Source: Nitrospirota bacterium
Lineage (GTDB): Bacteria; Nitrospirota; Thermodesulfovibrionia; Thermodesulfovibrionales; UBA9159
Assembly (NCBI GenBank): GCA_963699545.1
Contig: CAVOUE010000005.1
Location: forward strand, 471,354-535,353
Direction: 5' to 3'
Length of the DNA stretch: 64,000 nucleotides
Part shown: positions 51,533 through 61,606 of the stretch, one piece after another
Layout: each line of letters opens with the position of its first letter
Numbering within the stretch: position 1 is the stretch's first letter
Program-made: the position numbers and the translations under genes
The notes under the pieces: model-generated
What the model was told of the DNA's origin: nothing
Seen by the model: the letters and a program-made list of their open reading frames with translations, nothing else
The model's database searches: none

Positions 51533-52313
51533 ATGATCATCCTTGTTACCAATGACGACGGCGTTCATTCACCGGGGATTATCGCCCTTTTTAAGGCGAT
51601 GAAGGAACTGGGAGAGGCATATATCGTGGCCCCCGACCGTGAAAGGAGCGCGGTGGGCCATTCTCTCACGCTTCACCGGCCCCTGAAGGTGGAAGAGTTG
51701 AGAGACCGCGTATACGCGGTGAACGGCACGCCCACCGATTCGGTAGTGCTCGGGGTTAACAAGGTGCTGCCACGGAAACCCGATATCGTGGTGTCAGGCA
51801 TCAACAGGGGTGGAAATCTCGGTGACGATATCACATACTCCGGCACGGTTTCAGCAGCCGTCGAAGGGACCATGCTGAATATACCCTCCTTTGCGATTTC
51901 GGTGCCGGGGGATAAACATTTTCATTTTGAGACAGCGGCGTTCTATGCCACCATGATAGCCGGGTTTATCATTGAAAACCCCTTGCCTTATGACACGTTT
52001 CTCAATGTGAACGTCCCCAATGTCACCAACGACCTGGTTAAGGGGATAAAATTCACCCGGCAGGGAAAGCGCACATACGACGGCTCCATTCAGGAGGTCT
52101 TCTCCCCCAGAGGTGAGAGGCATTACTGGATCGGGGGCGGAGTGCTGTACTGGGAGCATGGGGAAGATACGGACATCAGCGCGGTGGAAGCGGGGTATGT
52201 TCTCCGTCACGCCGGTATACCTCGACTTCACAAACCACACGGCTCTGGAGGCTCTGAAAAAGAAATTTCCGGCATTTCACGGCGCAGTGAGACCGGAGGA
52301 AAAACGTTCATGA
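51533..52313 (+). CDS. surE: 5'/3'-nucleotidase SurE (apparent frameshift near 52200)
   Basis: LVTNDDG, GTPTD and SGINRGGN..YSGTV. The C-terminal SVTP..LDFT lies in another frame ending at 52313. Confidence 0.92.
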
Positions 52314-53691
52314 CCGCGAAGAGGTATGACGTCGTGATCGTGGGGAGCGGGCCCGCGGGCATCTTTGCTGCCATGGAGCTTGCAGAAAAAAACGGCCTCA
52401 GGGTGCTCATGCTCGAAAAGGGCAAGGATATAGATGAGCGGCAATGTCCCATGTCCATAAAGGATATATCGTGCAATAGATGTCCGGAGTGTGACATTTT
52501 GAGCGGGTGGGGAGGAGCCGGCGCCTTCAGCGACGGGAAGTTGAACCTCTCCCCTGAGGTGGGAGGGTTCCTGTCAAGGTATGTCACTGCGGAAACCCTC
52601 AATTCCCTCATCGAGTACGTCGACAGGATATATGTGACCCTTGGCGCCCCTGAAGAGATATACGGCACAGATACCGGGACTATCAGGGACCTGGAAAGCC
52701 TCGCTTCCAGAAATGATCTGACCCTGATCCCCTCGAGGATACGGCATATAGGAACAGACCTCTGCAGGGGGCTTCTGAAGAGGATGAAGGAATCCCTCAC
52801 TCACCGGGTGGACGTGGTCTTCGGGTCCCAGGCTGACAGGATCCTTGTGAACGGCGGAAAAGTGAAGGGCATCCGTCTGACCAGCGGCGAAGAGGTGGAG
52901 TCTGATTTTGTGATCCTGGCCCCCGGCAGGGAGGGTTCCCGGTGGCTCGAAAGGGAAGTAAAGGCCCTCAGGCTCACCCGGCTCCAGAACCCGGTGGACA
53001 TCGGGGTGCGGGTCGAGATACCCGCTTCGGTCTTCGAGCATCTCACGAAGGCGACCTATGAACCGAAACTGATCTACTATTCAAAAAAATTCGACGATAA
53101 GGTGAGGACCTTCTGCGTAAACCCTTATGGAGAGGTGGTGAAAGAGTACCTGAAAGGGATCTGGACGGTGAACGGCCACAGCTATGCCCAGAGGAGGACC
53201 GCAAACACCAATTTTGCTCTCCTGGTGAGCACCGTCTTTACGGAGCCCTTTAATGAACCCATTTCTTACGGCAGATACGTGGCGCGGCTCGCGAATTTCC
53301 TCGGTCAGGGAGTGATCGTCCAGAGGCTGGGAGAACCTCCACGCCGGAAGGCGCTCAACCCATGAGAGGATAGCCAAGGGGATCATACAGCCGACGCTGA
53401 AGGACACCACTCCCGGTGACCTCAGCTTTGTGCTGCCGTACCGATACCTCTCCGATATCCTGGAGATGCTTGAGGCCCTCGACAGGATCGCCCCCGGGGT
53501 CAATTCACGGCATACGCTGCTCTACGGGGTGGAGGTAAAGTTCTATTCCATGCAGTTGAAACTCACCAATGCCCTGGAAACGGAGAACCGCAAACCTCTT
53601 CGCCATAGGAGATGGAGCCGGCGTGAGCAGGGGGCTAGTGCAGGCATCTGTTTCAGGAGTGATCGCTGCGAGAGAGATACTGACGCGATAG
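52310..53691 (+). CDS. FAD-dependent oxidoreductase (apparent frameshifts near 53330 and 53590)
   Basis: YDVVIVGSGPAG, GWGGAGAFSDGK, DIGVRVE, VEVKFYS and GDGAGVSRG across frames. Confidence 0.88.
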
Positions 53692-53697
53692 CTGATC

Positions 53698-54867
53698 CTA
53701 ACCTATCCAGTACCAGTTAATGAACCGGAGACTCAATGCGGACAGAAGAAGGATGAAGATCACCTTTACTGCAGTGTCCGTAAGCCTTCTTTCACCAAGC
53801 ATGCCCAGGAGCAGAAAATGAGGAAAGGAGACGGACAGGTATCTCGTCATTGCAGTGGTACTCCCCGTGGAGAGGGGGACTAGGATCAAAGAGAGGGCAT
53901 AGATCAGATAGGAGGCCCTGAGCCTTCTGAACATAAGAGCCAGCACGATCGTAAAGAAAAGCGTAAACATGAGGTCGAGCTTCGAGTAGAGATACCCGTG
54001 TGCGGGCAACCGCCAGAAATTCCTGAGGTTGTCCGACAGGACCGTAAAGATATTGAGGATAGCAGAAGGCTTTCTCCCGAAAGCCCTCTGAATCTCGACA
54101 GGGAACAGGATGTCCCCCGTCTGAACATAGGAGAATGCAAGGTAGGCCATCAATCCCGCCGGTATGAGGAATAAGCTGAGGAAACTCCCCCTTGTCAACC
54201 TGAGATACGACCAGGCACTGTATCCGCGCAGTTCTTTGAGATGCATTGCATATTCCACTCCCAGGGGGACAAACAGCAGTATCCCCTGCGGCCGCGTCAA
54301 GGCTGAAAGAAAACCGAACGCCCCGCAAAGCCACCATCTCCTCCTCCGCGCATAATAGAACGCGGCAACAGAGACGAAGAGGAATGTCGACTCCGTATAA
54401 ACCGCCATGAAGAAGACCGCTGCAGGATAGATGAGAAGATAAAGGATGCTCCGGTCCGCGGTCTCTTGAGCATGGTCGATCGCAATAAGTTTGTGAAGAT
54501 AGAGGATTCCAAAAAGAGAGAAAAGCGAGCTGATCATAAGTCCGGCTGCAAGGGGGCTTATAGGGAGGATGGATGAAGAACATTTTATCAGGAGCGGATA
54601 CAGGGGGAACATCGCATAAGCCCTCCTGTCCGGGGCTGTCTTTGGCATAGGCGCATACCCTTCAATGGCATTCTTGAGATAGTATTGACCGTCCCATGCC
54701 GCAAGATTGTCAAAAAAGGAAGTGCTCCTTTTCTCAAAGTGGTACGCTCTGTAGTTATAGTCTTCGACACTCCTCGGGATGAGGGTTTCCCCCAGGAAAA
54801 GGAATGAAAGGAGGGCTGCCTTCACGACGAAAAAAAGAGCGATAACGTAAACGTACCTTTTGAACAT
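53698..54867 (-). CDS. GT-C membrane mannosyltransferase-like protein
   Basis: WDGQYY, FPLYP, YTES-F and LTRPQG; multiple TM helices. Confidence 0.85.
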   Translation of the reverse strand: MFKRYVYVIALFFVVKAALLSFLFLGETLIPRSVEDYNYRAYHFEKRSTSFFDNLAAWDGQYYLKNAIEGYAPMPKTAPDRRAYAMFPLYPLLIKCSSSILPISPLAAGLMISSLFSLFGILYLHKLIAIDHAQETADRSILYLLIYPAAVFFMAVYTESTFLFVSVAAFYYARRRRWWLCGAFGFLSALTRPQGILLFVPLGVEYAMHLKELRGYSAWSYLRLTRGSFLSLFLIPAGLMAYLAFSYVQTGDILFPVEIQRAFGRKPSAILNIFTVLSDNLRNFWRLPAHGYLYSKLDLMFTLFFTIVLALMFRRLRASYLIYALSLILVPLSTGSTTAMTRYLSVSFPHFLLLGMLGERRLTDTAVKVIFILLLSALSLRFINWYWIG

Positions 54868-54875
54868 GGCATTCT

Positions 54876-55300
54876 TCAGAACTTGTCGGCCAATTTTTCA
54901 AGCGCAGGAAGGGGGATAAGGTATTTTCCGTTCTGGACAGAGCCGTCCAGCCTTATGGGGACGCAGCTTCCCACGCCTTTTCCATCCTGGTGACCGGGTA
55001 GCGGAGATTGCATTCCCTGCAGACGAGCGCGCCGCTTTCGAACCGGTATCCGAGCTTCGCAGGATAACAGCGCGCGCATGCATCAAGAAAAGAGAGGACC
55101 TTTTCATCCACCTTCAGCACAACAAAATTTATCTTTTTCCCCCGATAATGGTGAGTGAAAAATATCGGGGTTTCGGGCATGAGCGTCCCGATATCCACCG
55201 CCACGTCATTACCAAGGCGGGGAGGTTCCGGATATGAAGGTTGTCTCGCACAGGCCCCGAGAGACAGAAGAACGAACAAGACAGTAATGAACAGCTTCAT
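54876..55300 (-). CDS. DUF2318-like Cys-rich (predicted Fe-S) lipoprotein (one A missing near 54978)
   Basis: Lipobox LGAC, DACARC...GY...LVCRECN, then G-GSC-PI in another frame. Confidence 0.8.
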
Positions 55301-55343
55301 ACTCTATGATACCAAAACTTCCGGTCATCCATGGTTGAAATCG

Positions 55344-55371
55344 GAGGGGTCACCCGAACAAGTGACCCCTC
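55344..55371. other. Perfect 10-bp intergenic hairpin
   Basis: GAGGGGTCAC-8 nt-GTGACCCCTC without a clear U-tract; possibly a stabilising or terminating stem. Confidence 0.5.
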
Positions 55372-55385
55372 AGTCCAATCGCAGC

Positions 55386-56865
55386 TCAAAACATTACCTG
55401 AATGCCGGCATTGATCATCCATTTGGTTTTCAACTGAAGGCCGTTCAGGTTTTGATAAAGGGGCACGCCGCCTTCAACTCCGAAACTGAACGGGCCTTTC
55501 GTGTAGCTCAATCCTATCAGACCGTCGAGCCGCTGCCCGCCGTAGTTGTTGGGATCGGCGTCAGGCGTCGGCGCACCCATCCCCATAGCAGGGATGGATG
55601 AGCTTGTCGATCTCTGAGTCCTTCCCCCTGATACGGCCAGTATCGTTGTAAGCCAGCCGCACCCAGGAGGTGAAAGGGCCCAGGGCCCGCTGAAGCCAGC
55701 CGGTCACCTTGAAGTTGTCGCCGAAGCTCCAGTCGTTTTCGTTCTTGCCCAGATGATAGGTGTACATGGCCTGGCCCCCCAGTTCCATTTCGCGTCGTCG
55801 CTGAGGGCTGTATAGGTCAGCGCGGGCTTCAGGTCGTAGGTGCCTGAACCGAGTTGCATGTCATAGGGCGCGCGATACGTCATGCGCATCATTACAAACG
55901 TCTCTTCGATGCTCACCGGTCGGAAGGCTGAGACCGAGACTGCCGACAAGGTACTTGTTGATCTTGTATATCCCTCTCAGTTCGGTGTCGCCGAAGCCGC
56001 TTGTGCTCATGGGCGGCTCACCCGTGATCATTTTACCCGGGCCCATGTCCATCAGCATGTCCATTTTATTGACCTGATAATTCGCCATGGCCATCACTGT
56101 CAGCCGGTCGGTGATCCCGTACATCACCATGAACATACTGCATGTCCATGGTCATGCTTGTGGGGATCATCATGTAATTATAAGGCTTGTTTCTCATGAA
56201 CCCGACGCTGCTCTGGTCTGACATTCGTTGTGCCGTCACGAAGCCCGCTCATGTCCATATGCATGAACTTGTAATTGACCATCCACATGCCGGCCGGATG
56301 GGTATGGTATATGTCGTCGCCGAAGGCGGGATTGAACAGCATTTGGGCGCCGGGGCCCATATCGTGGCCCGCATGTGTATGCTGCTCGTGGGTCATCTGT
56401 AGCGTCTTCACTCACCTCAGCTTCGGCGGCCTTCATCACCTTATCAAAGGGCGTAACTTCCCCGCCGTTTTCCTTCACGAATTTCTGCGCATCCTCCTCC
56501 CTGGCAAACGCCCATTTCGGCAGGGAGGTCATGACACCCTCTTTCTTGCCGCCGACTACCCAGGTTGCGGTCCTGGCATCTATCAGCTCTTTTGTCGTGT
56601 AATCGGCAACCATGAGCGACTTGACCTGTTTGTCCCTGTTCTGCTTCATCTCCGCAGCTGCACAGTGGAGACTGCAGACCCCCACGGAAGTCCCGTCGGC
56701 ATAGACGATGAGCATCCTGCTCCGGTCAAAAACGGTCCGGTCCATACCGCATTGCTTACAACTTTTGGGGCCTTCAACTCCATCCGCTGCGCCGGCAGCA
56801 AAGGCAGAATACGGAAATATAAAAACTGTGCAGACAAACAACATTATCATGATACCTCTTTTCAT
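55386..56865 (-). CDS. NosL-like periplasmic domain apparently fused to a His/Met-rich outer-membrane beta-barrel (several frameshifts)
   Basis: Signal peptide, CKQCGM, CSLHC, IDARTA-WV.., then HTHAGHDM..HTHPAG-WM, MYGITD, GFGD, MQLGSG and terminal W..NAGIQVMF across at least five frames. Confidence 0.65.
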
Positions 56866-57049
56866 ACATTCATCCTCCTTTGAGCAATATAACAGAGAAA
56901 AAACCCACTTCAGGAGATCACATGGTATGTGCAATTTCCGAAGCGGAGCCGAGGTTAAAGGGGAGAAAAGTCTGAAGAAGATCTTTCCCATACAGGTAGC
57001 CAGCCTGTATGCCTGAAAAACCTTGACTCGAAGACTTCGGAAGCTGCGG

Positions 57050-57349
57050 TTAGAACTTCGGAGGACGCTCCAACTGAGACGTGAACAGAGAGGACATAAG
57101 AGGAGGTTCTGCGATGTCATGCAGAACGGTGAACCTTTCCGGGGAAAAGACGTCCGTACGCTCACACAGATAGGGGAGATCAACGCTTGCATGCACTGAA
57201 GAGCCGAAGGCAGTGCATACGTCAAGGGCCATGAGGGAAGGGACTGAAGCATCGGCACGGGGAGAAACATGAACCAGCGGGATCGCCGAGACCATGAGCG
57301 CAAGCAGCATAAGCGCGGAAATCAGCTTCATACGATATACAATATGCAA
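57050..57349 (-). CDS. Small exported/membrane protein, DUF2946-like, with C-terminal ERPP
   Basis: Hydrophobic N-terminus, LDVC and LC, ending LERPPKF; sits upstream of the NosL-barrel gene. Confidence 0.6.
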   Translation of the reverse strand: MHIVYRMKLISALMLLALMVSAIPLVHVSPRADASVPSLMALDVCTAFGSSVHASVDLPYLCERTDVFSPERFTVLHDIAEPPLMSSLFTSQLERPPKF

Positions 57350-57404
57350 ACGCGCTCTCGCCTGTCAACGTAAAAATCCAGATTCAGCATCGCCGTGCGA
57401 CAAC

Positions 57405-57806
57405 TCATTTTTTTACGTTCTTGAAAGTCACGATCGCCTTATCTTCGATCGCGTCCTTTCGAAGGGTGATTAATAAGTCCCAATCTCCCGCCATGGTGAA
57501 AAATACATCCTCCACAGCATAGATTCCCTTCCCCTTTTCTTTGACGCGAGTCTTTTTTGATGACCCGTGACCGTGTATCGTCATCCATGGCACCGCTTCG
57601 ATCCTTACACCCTCCACCGGATTCCTGGATCGAACGTCAACAACCGTCAATGTTACAATCGTATTCCCCACGATAGTGTGGTCTGGTTCCGTTTGTGCCT
57701 TAATGAGAAAATTTCCTTCTTCTGACTGTGTCTCGATAATTTCAGCGAAGCTCGTCTTGCTAAAGGCTGCCAGCACTATCAGAAGGATGAAAACCCTCTT
57801 TTTCAC
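57405..57806 (-). CDS. YtkA/FixH-like Ig-fold periplasmic protein
   Basis: Signal peptide, PWMTIHGHGS and G-Y..FTMAGDW. Confidence 0.8.
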   Translation of the reverse strand: MKKRVFILLIVLAAFSKTSFAEIIETQSEEGNFLIKAQTEPDHTIVGNTIVTLTVVDVRSRNPVEGVRIEAVPWMTIHGHGSSKKTRVKEKGKGIYAVEDVFFTMAGDWDLLITLRKDAIEDKAIVTFKNVKK

Positions 57807-57832
57807 TTGTCGCTCCTCTCACCAATGCGCTC

Positions 57833-58447
57833 CTAATGGGGTGGCATCGGGATCCATATGGGTATCGCGTTGTTGGTGAACCTGTACTTCTTTGACATTT
57901 CACCGTCATTTGCATAGTAGGGTTTCAAGTAGACGTAAAAGTCCTCATTCTTTTCCGCGATGTCTTCTTTTGAGATGGTGTTCGATGACACATAACTGAT
58001 GCTGTTGAGCCTGACATGCATGTATCCGGGAAGGACTTCCTCAAAATTCCTGAAGGGCACTTCAATGAGTTTATCTATAGTGAACGTGTTGTCGAGTTTG
58101 ATGACGGTTGCCTCTCCCGATTTTGTTCCTGCCTCATGAACGGGGACTTCCTTCCATGACGTTCCCACCTGAACCAGGCATCGTATTGCAGGGGTCATGA
58201 TATAGAGCTCTTCCTCCGGAAACGGGTTTTCATATCTGAGCGTCACCTTATATTTGTCTCGTGAGTATGTCACGTCCTTGATGTCCGACCTCAGGTTGTA
58301 CCAGGCCAATCGCTCCAGTTTCTTCTTGAGAGCTGCCTTATCCTGCAGAATCATAGTCTGCTTATAGCCGACTATGTAGTCAATCGCAAAAGCGCACAAC
58401 AGGACAGTAATGATTACCATGGCTGCCTTATATTTCTTCTTGACCAT
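57833..58447 (-). CDS. Membrane-anchored hypothetical protein, paralog 1
   Basis: Shares GYKQ, LRYEN, VQVGT-WKEV, GYMH and KEDI-EK-ED with 58522-59103. Confidence 0.8.
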   Translation of the reverse strand: MVKKKYKAAMVIITVLLCAFAIDYIVGYKQTMILQDKAALKKKLERLAWYNLRSDIKDVTYSRDKYKVTLRYENPFPEEELYIMTPAIRCLVQVGTSWKEVPVHEAGTKSGEATVIKLDNTFTIDKLIEVPFRNFEEVLPGYMHVRLNSISYVSSNTISKEDIAEKNEDFYVYLKPYYANDGEMSKKYRFTNNAIPIWIPMPPH

Positions 58448-58521
58448 TCTTCGTCATACCTGAAAAGCGAACCGTGACAGTCTGCACAATCAACCCTGCA
58501 GTATTCAGACCCGCTGCCCTG

Positions 58522-59103
58522 CTACCTCAGCAATGTCTTGACCCGCCCCTTCTTCTTCTCCGTGCTCATATACAGGAAAATATCTTCGTCTTTTTCCAGG
58601 ATATCTTCTTTTGTTATCGCCTCGGCTGAGATATTCGAAATACTCTTAACCTTCAGGTGCATATACCCTGACATAAGTTCCATGTAATTCTTATAGGACA
58701 TATCGAACTTCACGGTCATGAAATACGGCTCGCTCAACTTCTCAACAGAGTAATCACCGCGCTTCATCCTCAGATCATTTACGGAAACCTCTTTCCAGAG
58801 GGTCCCCACCTGCACAAAGACCTTGATGTAGGGTACCATGATCCACATCTCATCCTCGGGGCGCACATTTTCATACCTCAGTTTCATCATGTACTGGTTG
58901 CCTTCGCCCGTGTAAGAGATCTCATGCACCGTAGTTCTTTCAAGATAGTACGCCAGCAGCTCGAGCCGTTTCTGGATCGCCTTCTTCTCAGCAAGCTGTT
59001 TATTCTGCTTGTAGCCGACCGCAAAGTCAAAAAAGATGAGCGCCAGGATCGCAATGCCGACAAAGAGAACTGATTTCCATCTCCGCACGGTGTCGGGTCT
59101 CAC
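58522..59103 (-). CDS. Membrane-anchored hypothetical protein, paralog 2
   Basis: Same motifs as 57833-58447. Confidence 0.8.
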   Translation of the reverse strand: MRPDTVRRWKSVLFVGIAILALIFFDFAVGYKQNKQLAEKKAIQKRLELLAYYLERTTVHEISYTGEGNQYMMKLRYENVRPEDEMWIMVPYIKVFVQVGTLWKEVSVNDLRMKRGDYSVEKLSEPYFMTVKFDMSYKNYMELMSGYMHLKVKSISNISAEAITKEDILEKDEDIFLYMSTEKKKGRVKTLLR

Positions 59104-59642
59104 ATTCCCTCCCTCTCAATCCATTTATCAGTCATCGGTGTGATCCAGTAAAGAGGTTCGTCCTGTTTGGTACCCACCATATCTGCAAACTTCAACCGGT
59201 ACCTGAACTGGAATGAAATGTCACCTTCGTAGGTTCTGAAAAGGCCCGGCATCGTTAAAGGAATTCTTACGACAGCGACAATCCTCTTCTTCCCCAGAGC
59301 AGGGAGACAAATATCGTTACCATTCCTCGAAGTGTCAGTTGCAGTCTCATTCAACCGTGTCCAGCCCGACCCGGTCTGTGCATGGAATTGTATGTCATAC
59401 TCCTTGAGAGAGATGGCCTGCGAGGATTTGTTCAGCAGGGCCATTTCTATCCTGTAGTCATCTTTGCCCGAATAAGAGATATTCTCGATCTCTATTGTTA
59501 CCGAATCAATCAGCTTTGTCTTCGCAAGAGAAGTCGCGGCCATTACATCAGCAGATGAAAACACAATTCCACTCATAAAAAAATAGACACAGCAAGCCAA
59601 TGCAACCGATTCCCGTCGCTTTAAGAACACTGTCTCTTTCAT
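59100..59642 (-). CDS. Exported hypothetical protein, possible distant paralog 3
   Basis: Signal peptide; ISY..Y...N...Q-G-GW pattern similar to the two downstream genes. Confidence 0.7.
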   Translation of the reverse strand: MKETVFLKRRESVALACCVYFFMSGIVFSSADVMAATSLAKTKLIDSVTIEIENISYSGKDDYRIEMALLNKSSQAISLKEYDIQFHAQTGSGWTRLNETATDTSRNGNDICLPALGKKRIVAVVRIPLTMPGLFRTYEGDISFQFRYRLKFADMVGTKQDEPLYWITPMTDKWIEREGM

Positions 59643-59654
59643 CTCCTGAATGTG

Positions 59655-60371
59655 TCAGATCTCACAGATAGTAAATTTATGGTTCTCGGTGTCTTCGATG
59701 ATCTCACCGTCTTTCAATCGTATCACCCGTCGTGCATAGCTTGCCTTCTGGGGGTCATGGGTTACCATCACAATGGTGAGCCCCTCACTGTTGAGGCTTC
59801 CGAAGAGATCCATAATCTCTTCCCCGGTTTTCGAATCGAGATTCCCTGTGGGCTCATCTGCAAGCACTATCGCAGGTTCGCTCATCAGTGCCCGTGCGAT
59901 CGAAACCCTCTGGGCCTCCCCGCCGCTTAACTGGTGCGGAAGGTGTGTCGCCCTTTTGCCCAAGCCAACCTTTTCGAGCATCTTGAGCGCATGCCCCTTG
60001 TCTTTTAATGTCCCCTGTTTGCGGTTTCTGAAGGCGAGCGGCAACATGACATTTTCGATGGCTGTCAAAGATGATAAGAGTCTCGCCTCCTGGAAGATAT
60101 ACGCCACCTTCATGCGTCTGACATTCAGCAGATCCTTCTCGGGAATGTTATCGATCCGGGTATTGCCGAGATAGACCTCACCCTCGGAAGGGAAGTCCAC
60201 ACCACCGAGGGTATTCAGGAGCGTCGACTTGCCGGAACCGCTCGGTCCCATCACGGCAATGTATTCTCCCTTCCTGATCGTAAGACTTATCTTGTTCAAG
60301 GCATAGACCGGGGTCTCTCCCATCTTGTAAGCCCTTGAAACGCCCCTCAACTCGGCAATGACATTATTCAT
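59655..60371 (-). CDS. MacB/LolD-type ABC ATP-binding protein
   Basis: [25 protein letters not shown] and VTHD. Confidence 0.93.
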   Translation of the reverse strand: MNNVIAELRGVSRAYKMGETPVYALNKISLTIRKGEYIAVMGPSGSGKSTLLNTLGGVDFPSEGEVYLGNTRIDNIPEKDLLNVRRMKVAYIFQEARLLSSLTAIENVMLPLAFRNRKQGTLKDKGHALKMLEKVGLGKRATHLPHQLSGGEAQRVSIARALMSEPAIVLADEPTGNLDSKTGEEIMDLFGSLNSEGLTIVMVTHDPQKASYARRVIRLKDGEIIEDTENHKFTICEI

Positions 60372-60379
60372 GGTTCTCC

Positions 60380-61594
60380 CTATAGAGACTTGAAGGCCTC
60401 AGCAACTCTTATCCTTGATGCATAGATCGCAGGGTAGATGCTGGCAGCAATTGTCGTGAAGGCCCCGAGCAATACCGCGATGGCGAAGAACCGGGGGGTG
60501 ATCCTTATCGCGATATCCTTAAAGAGAATCGGGCCCACAATATAGGAGAGGCCGCTCCCTATGACAAAACCGATAATCCCCCCTGTAATCCCGATAAAGA
60601 TCGCTTCGTAGAGAAACAGCCTGATAAGCTGACCCCTCGATGCGCCCATCGTCTTCAGCAGTCCTATGTCCCTCAGGCGGCTGTGGATAGATCCCAGTAT
60701 GATGTTGAACACGCCGATACTGCTTATGATGAGCGATGCGACAACAAAGCTGACAAGCAATGCCGCTGTCTTCTGGAATATCTTGGACTGCGCCGTGGCT
60801 ATCTCCATCTGGGACGTTGCCCTGACCCCGAGGATCTTTTTGTTGATCTCTACTGCTGCGTCTCCGACCGGACACTTGGGGCACATCGCCCTCACGTTTA
60901 TCATAGAGATCTTGCCCTGTTTGCCGAAAACGGTTTGACACCCCCTGAGGGACAAAAAGACCATATAATCATCCGGAGAGTCCGTTTCTCTCAGTATCCC
61001 GGTCACCGTTACCTTGCTCTGTCCGATATCAAGGGTATCTCCAACCTTTGTCTCCGTCAGCGTAGCGAAAAGCCTGCCGACAACCACCTCGCTGTCGTTT
61101 TCCATAAACCTCCCATCCGCGATATCCCACCAGAAGCGCGCAATGAGTTCCTTGTCCAGGTTCACTCCGCCGACGATAACATCCTTGCCTTTAATGCTGG
61201 TTTCTTCATAGAGCCTCGGTGCAAACGTGGGAGGCGGGAACGCTGCTCCACCGACGGCGCCGTCCTGGAAGATGAGAGCGCCCATCTTCTCCCAGCCTGC
61301 GACGATCGCAGCCTGGTAGGTCTTTTCGATATCAGGAATGGAATTCTCCGGGATATAGGAACCCGTGCCGATCCCGAAGGTCTTTAGGCTCTGCTGCGAC
61401 TTGTTGTCCACGGGGACAATGGTCAGACTATGCCCGTACCGAGCGATCACCTGAAAGACCTCTCTCTGGCCTGAGGACGCCGTAATCATGATTGATATCA
61501 GCATGGATACCGCGATTGCGATCCCCAGGGAAGTGTAAATAGTCCTTATCTTCCTCTTGCTGACCTCTTTCAGGGCAACATGGTAAATGTTCAT
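60380..61594 (-). CDS. MacB/FtsX-type ABC permease with CPKC motif
   Basis: TM1, large periplasmic domain, R-RDIGLLKTMGAS and three C-terminal TM helices. Confidence 0.9.
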   Translation of the reverse strand: MNIYHVALKEVSKRKIRTIYTSLGIAIAVSMLISIMITASSGQREVFQVIARYGHSLTIVPVDNKSQQSLKTFGIGTGSYIPENSIPDIEKTYQAAIVAGWEKMGALIFQDGAVGGAAFPPPTFAPRLYEETSIKGKDVIVGGVNLDKELIARFWWDIADGRFMENDSEVVVGRLFATLTETKVGDTLDIGQSKVTVTGILRETDSPDDYMVFLSLRGCQTVFGKQGKISMINVRAMCPKCPVGDAAVEINKKILGVRATSQMEIATAQSKIFQKTAALLVSFVVASLIISSIGVFNIILGSIHSRLRDIGLLKTMGASRGQLIRLFLYEAIFIGITGGIIGFVIGSGLSYIVGPILFKDIAIRITPRFFAIAVLLGAFTTIAASIYPAIYASRIRVAEAFKSL

Positions 61595-61606
61595 ATATCG
61601 CCTCCG

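Noticed and set aside
51533-53365. 610-aa SurE-FAD oxidoreductase fusion in the ORF track
   Set aside because: The true SurE C-terminus is in another frame ending at 52313, and the oxidoreductase has its own GGAGG RBS and ATG at 52310. The fusion is a frameshift artefact.
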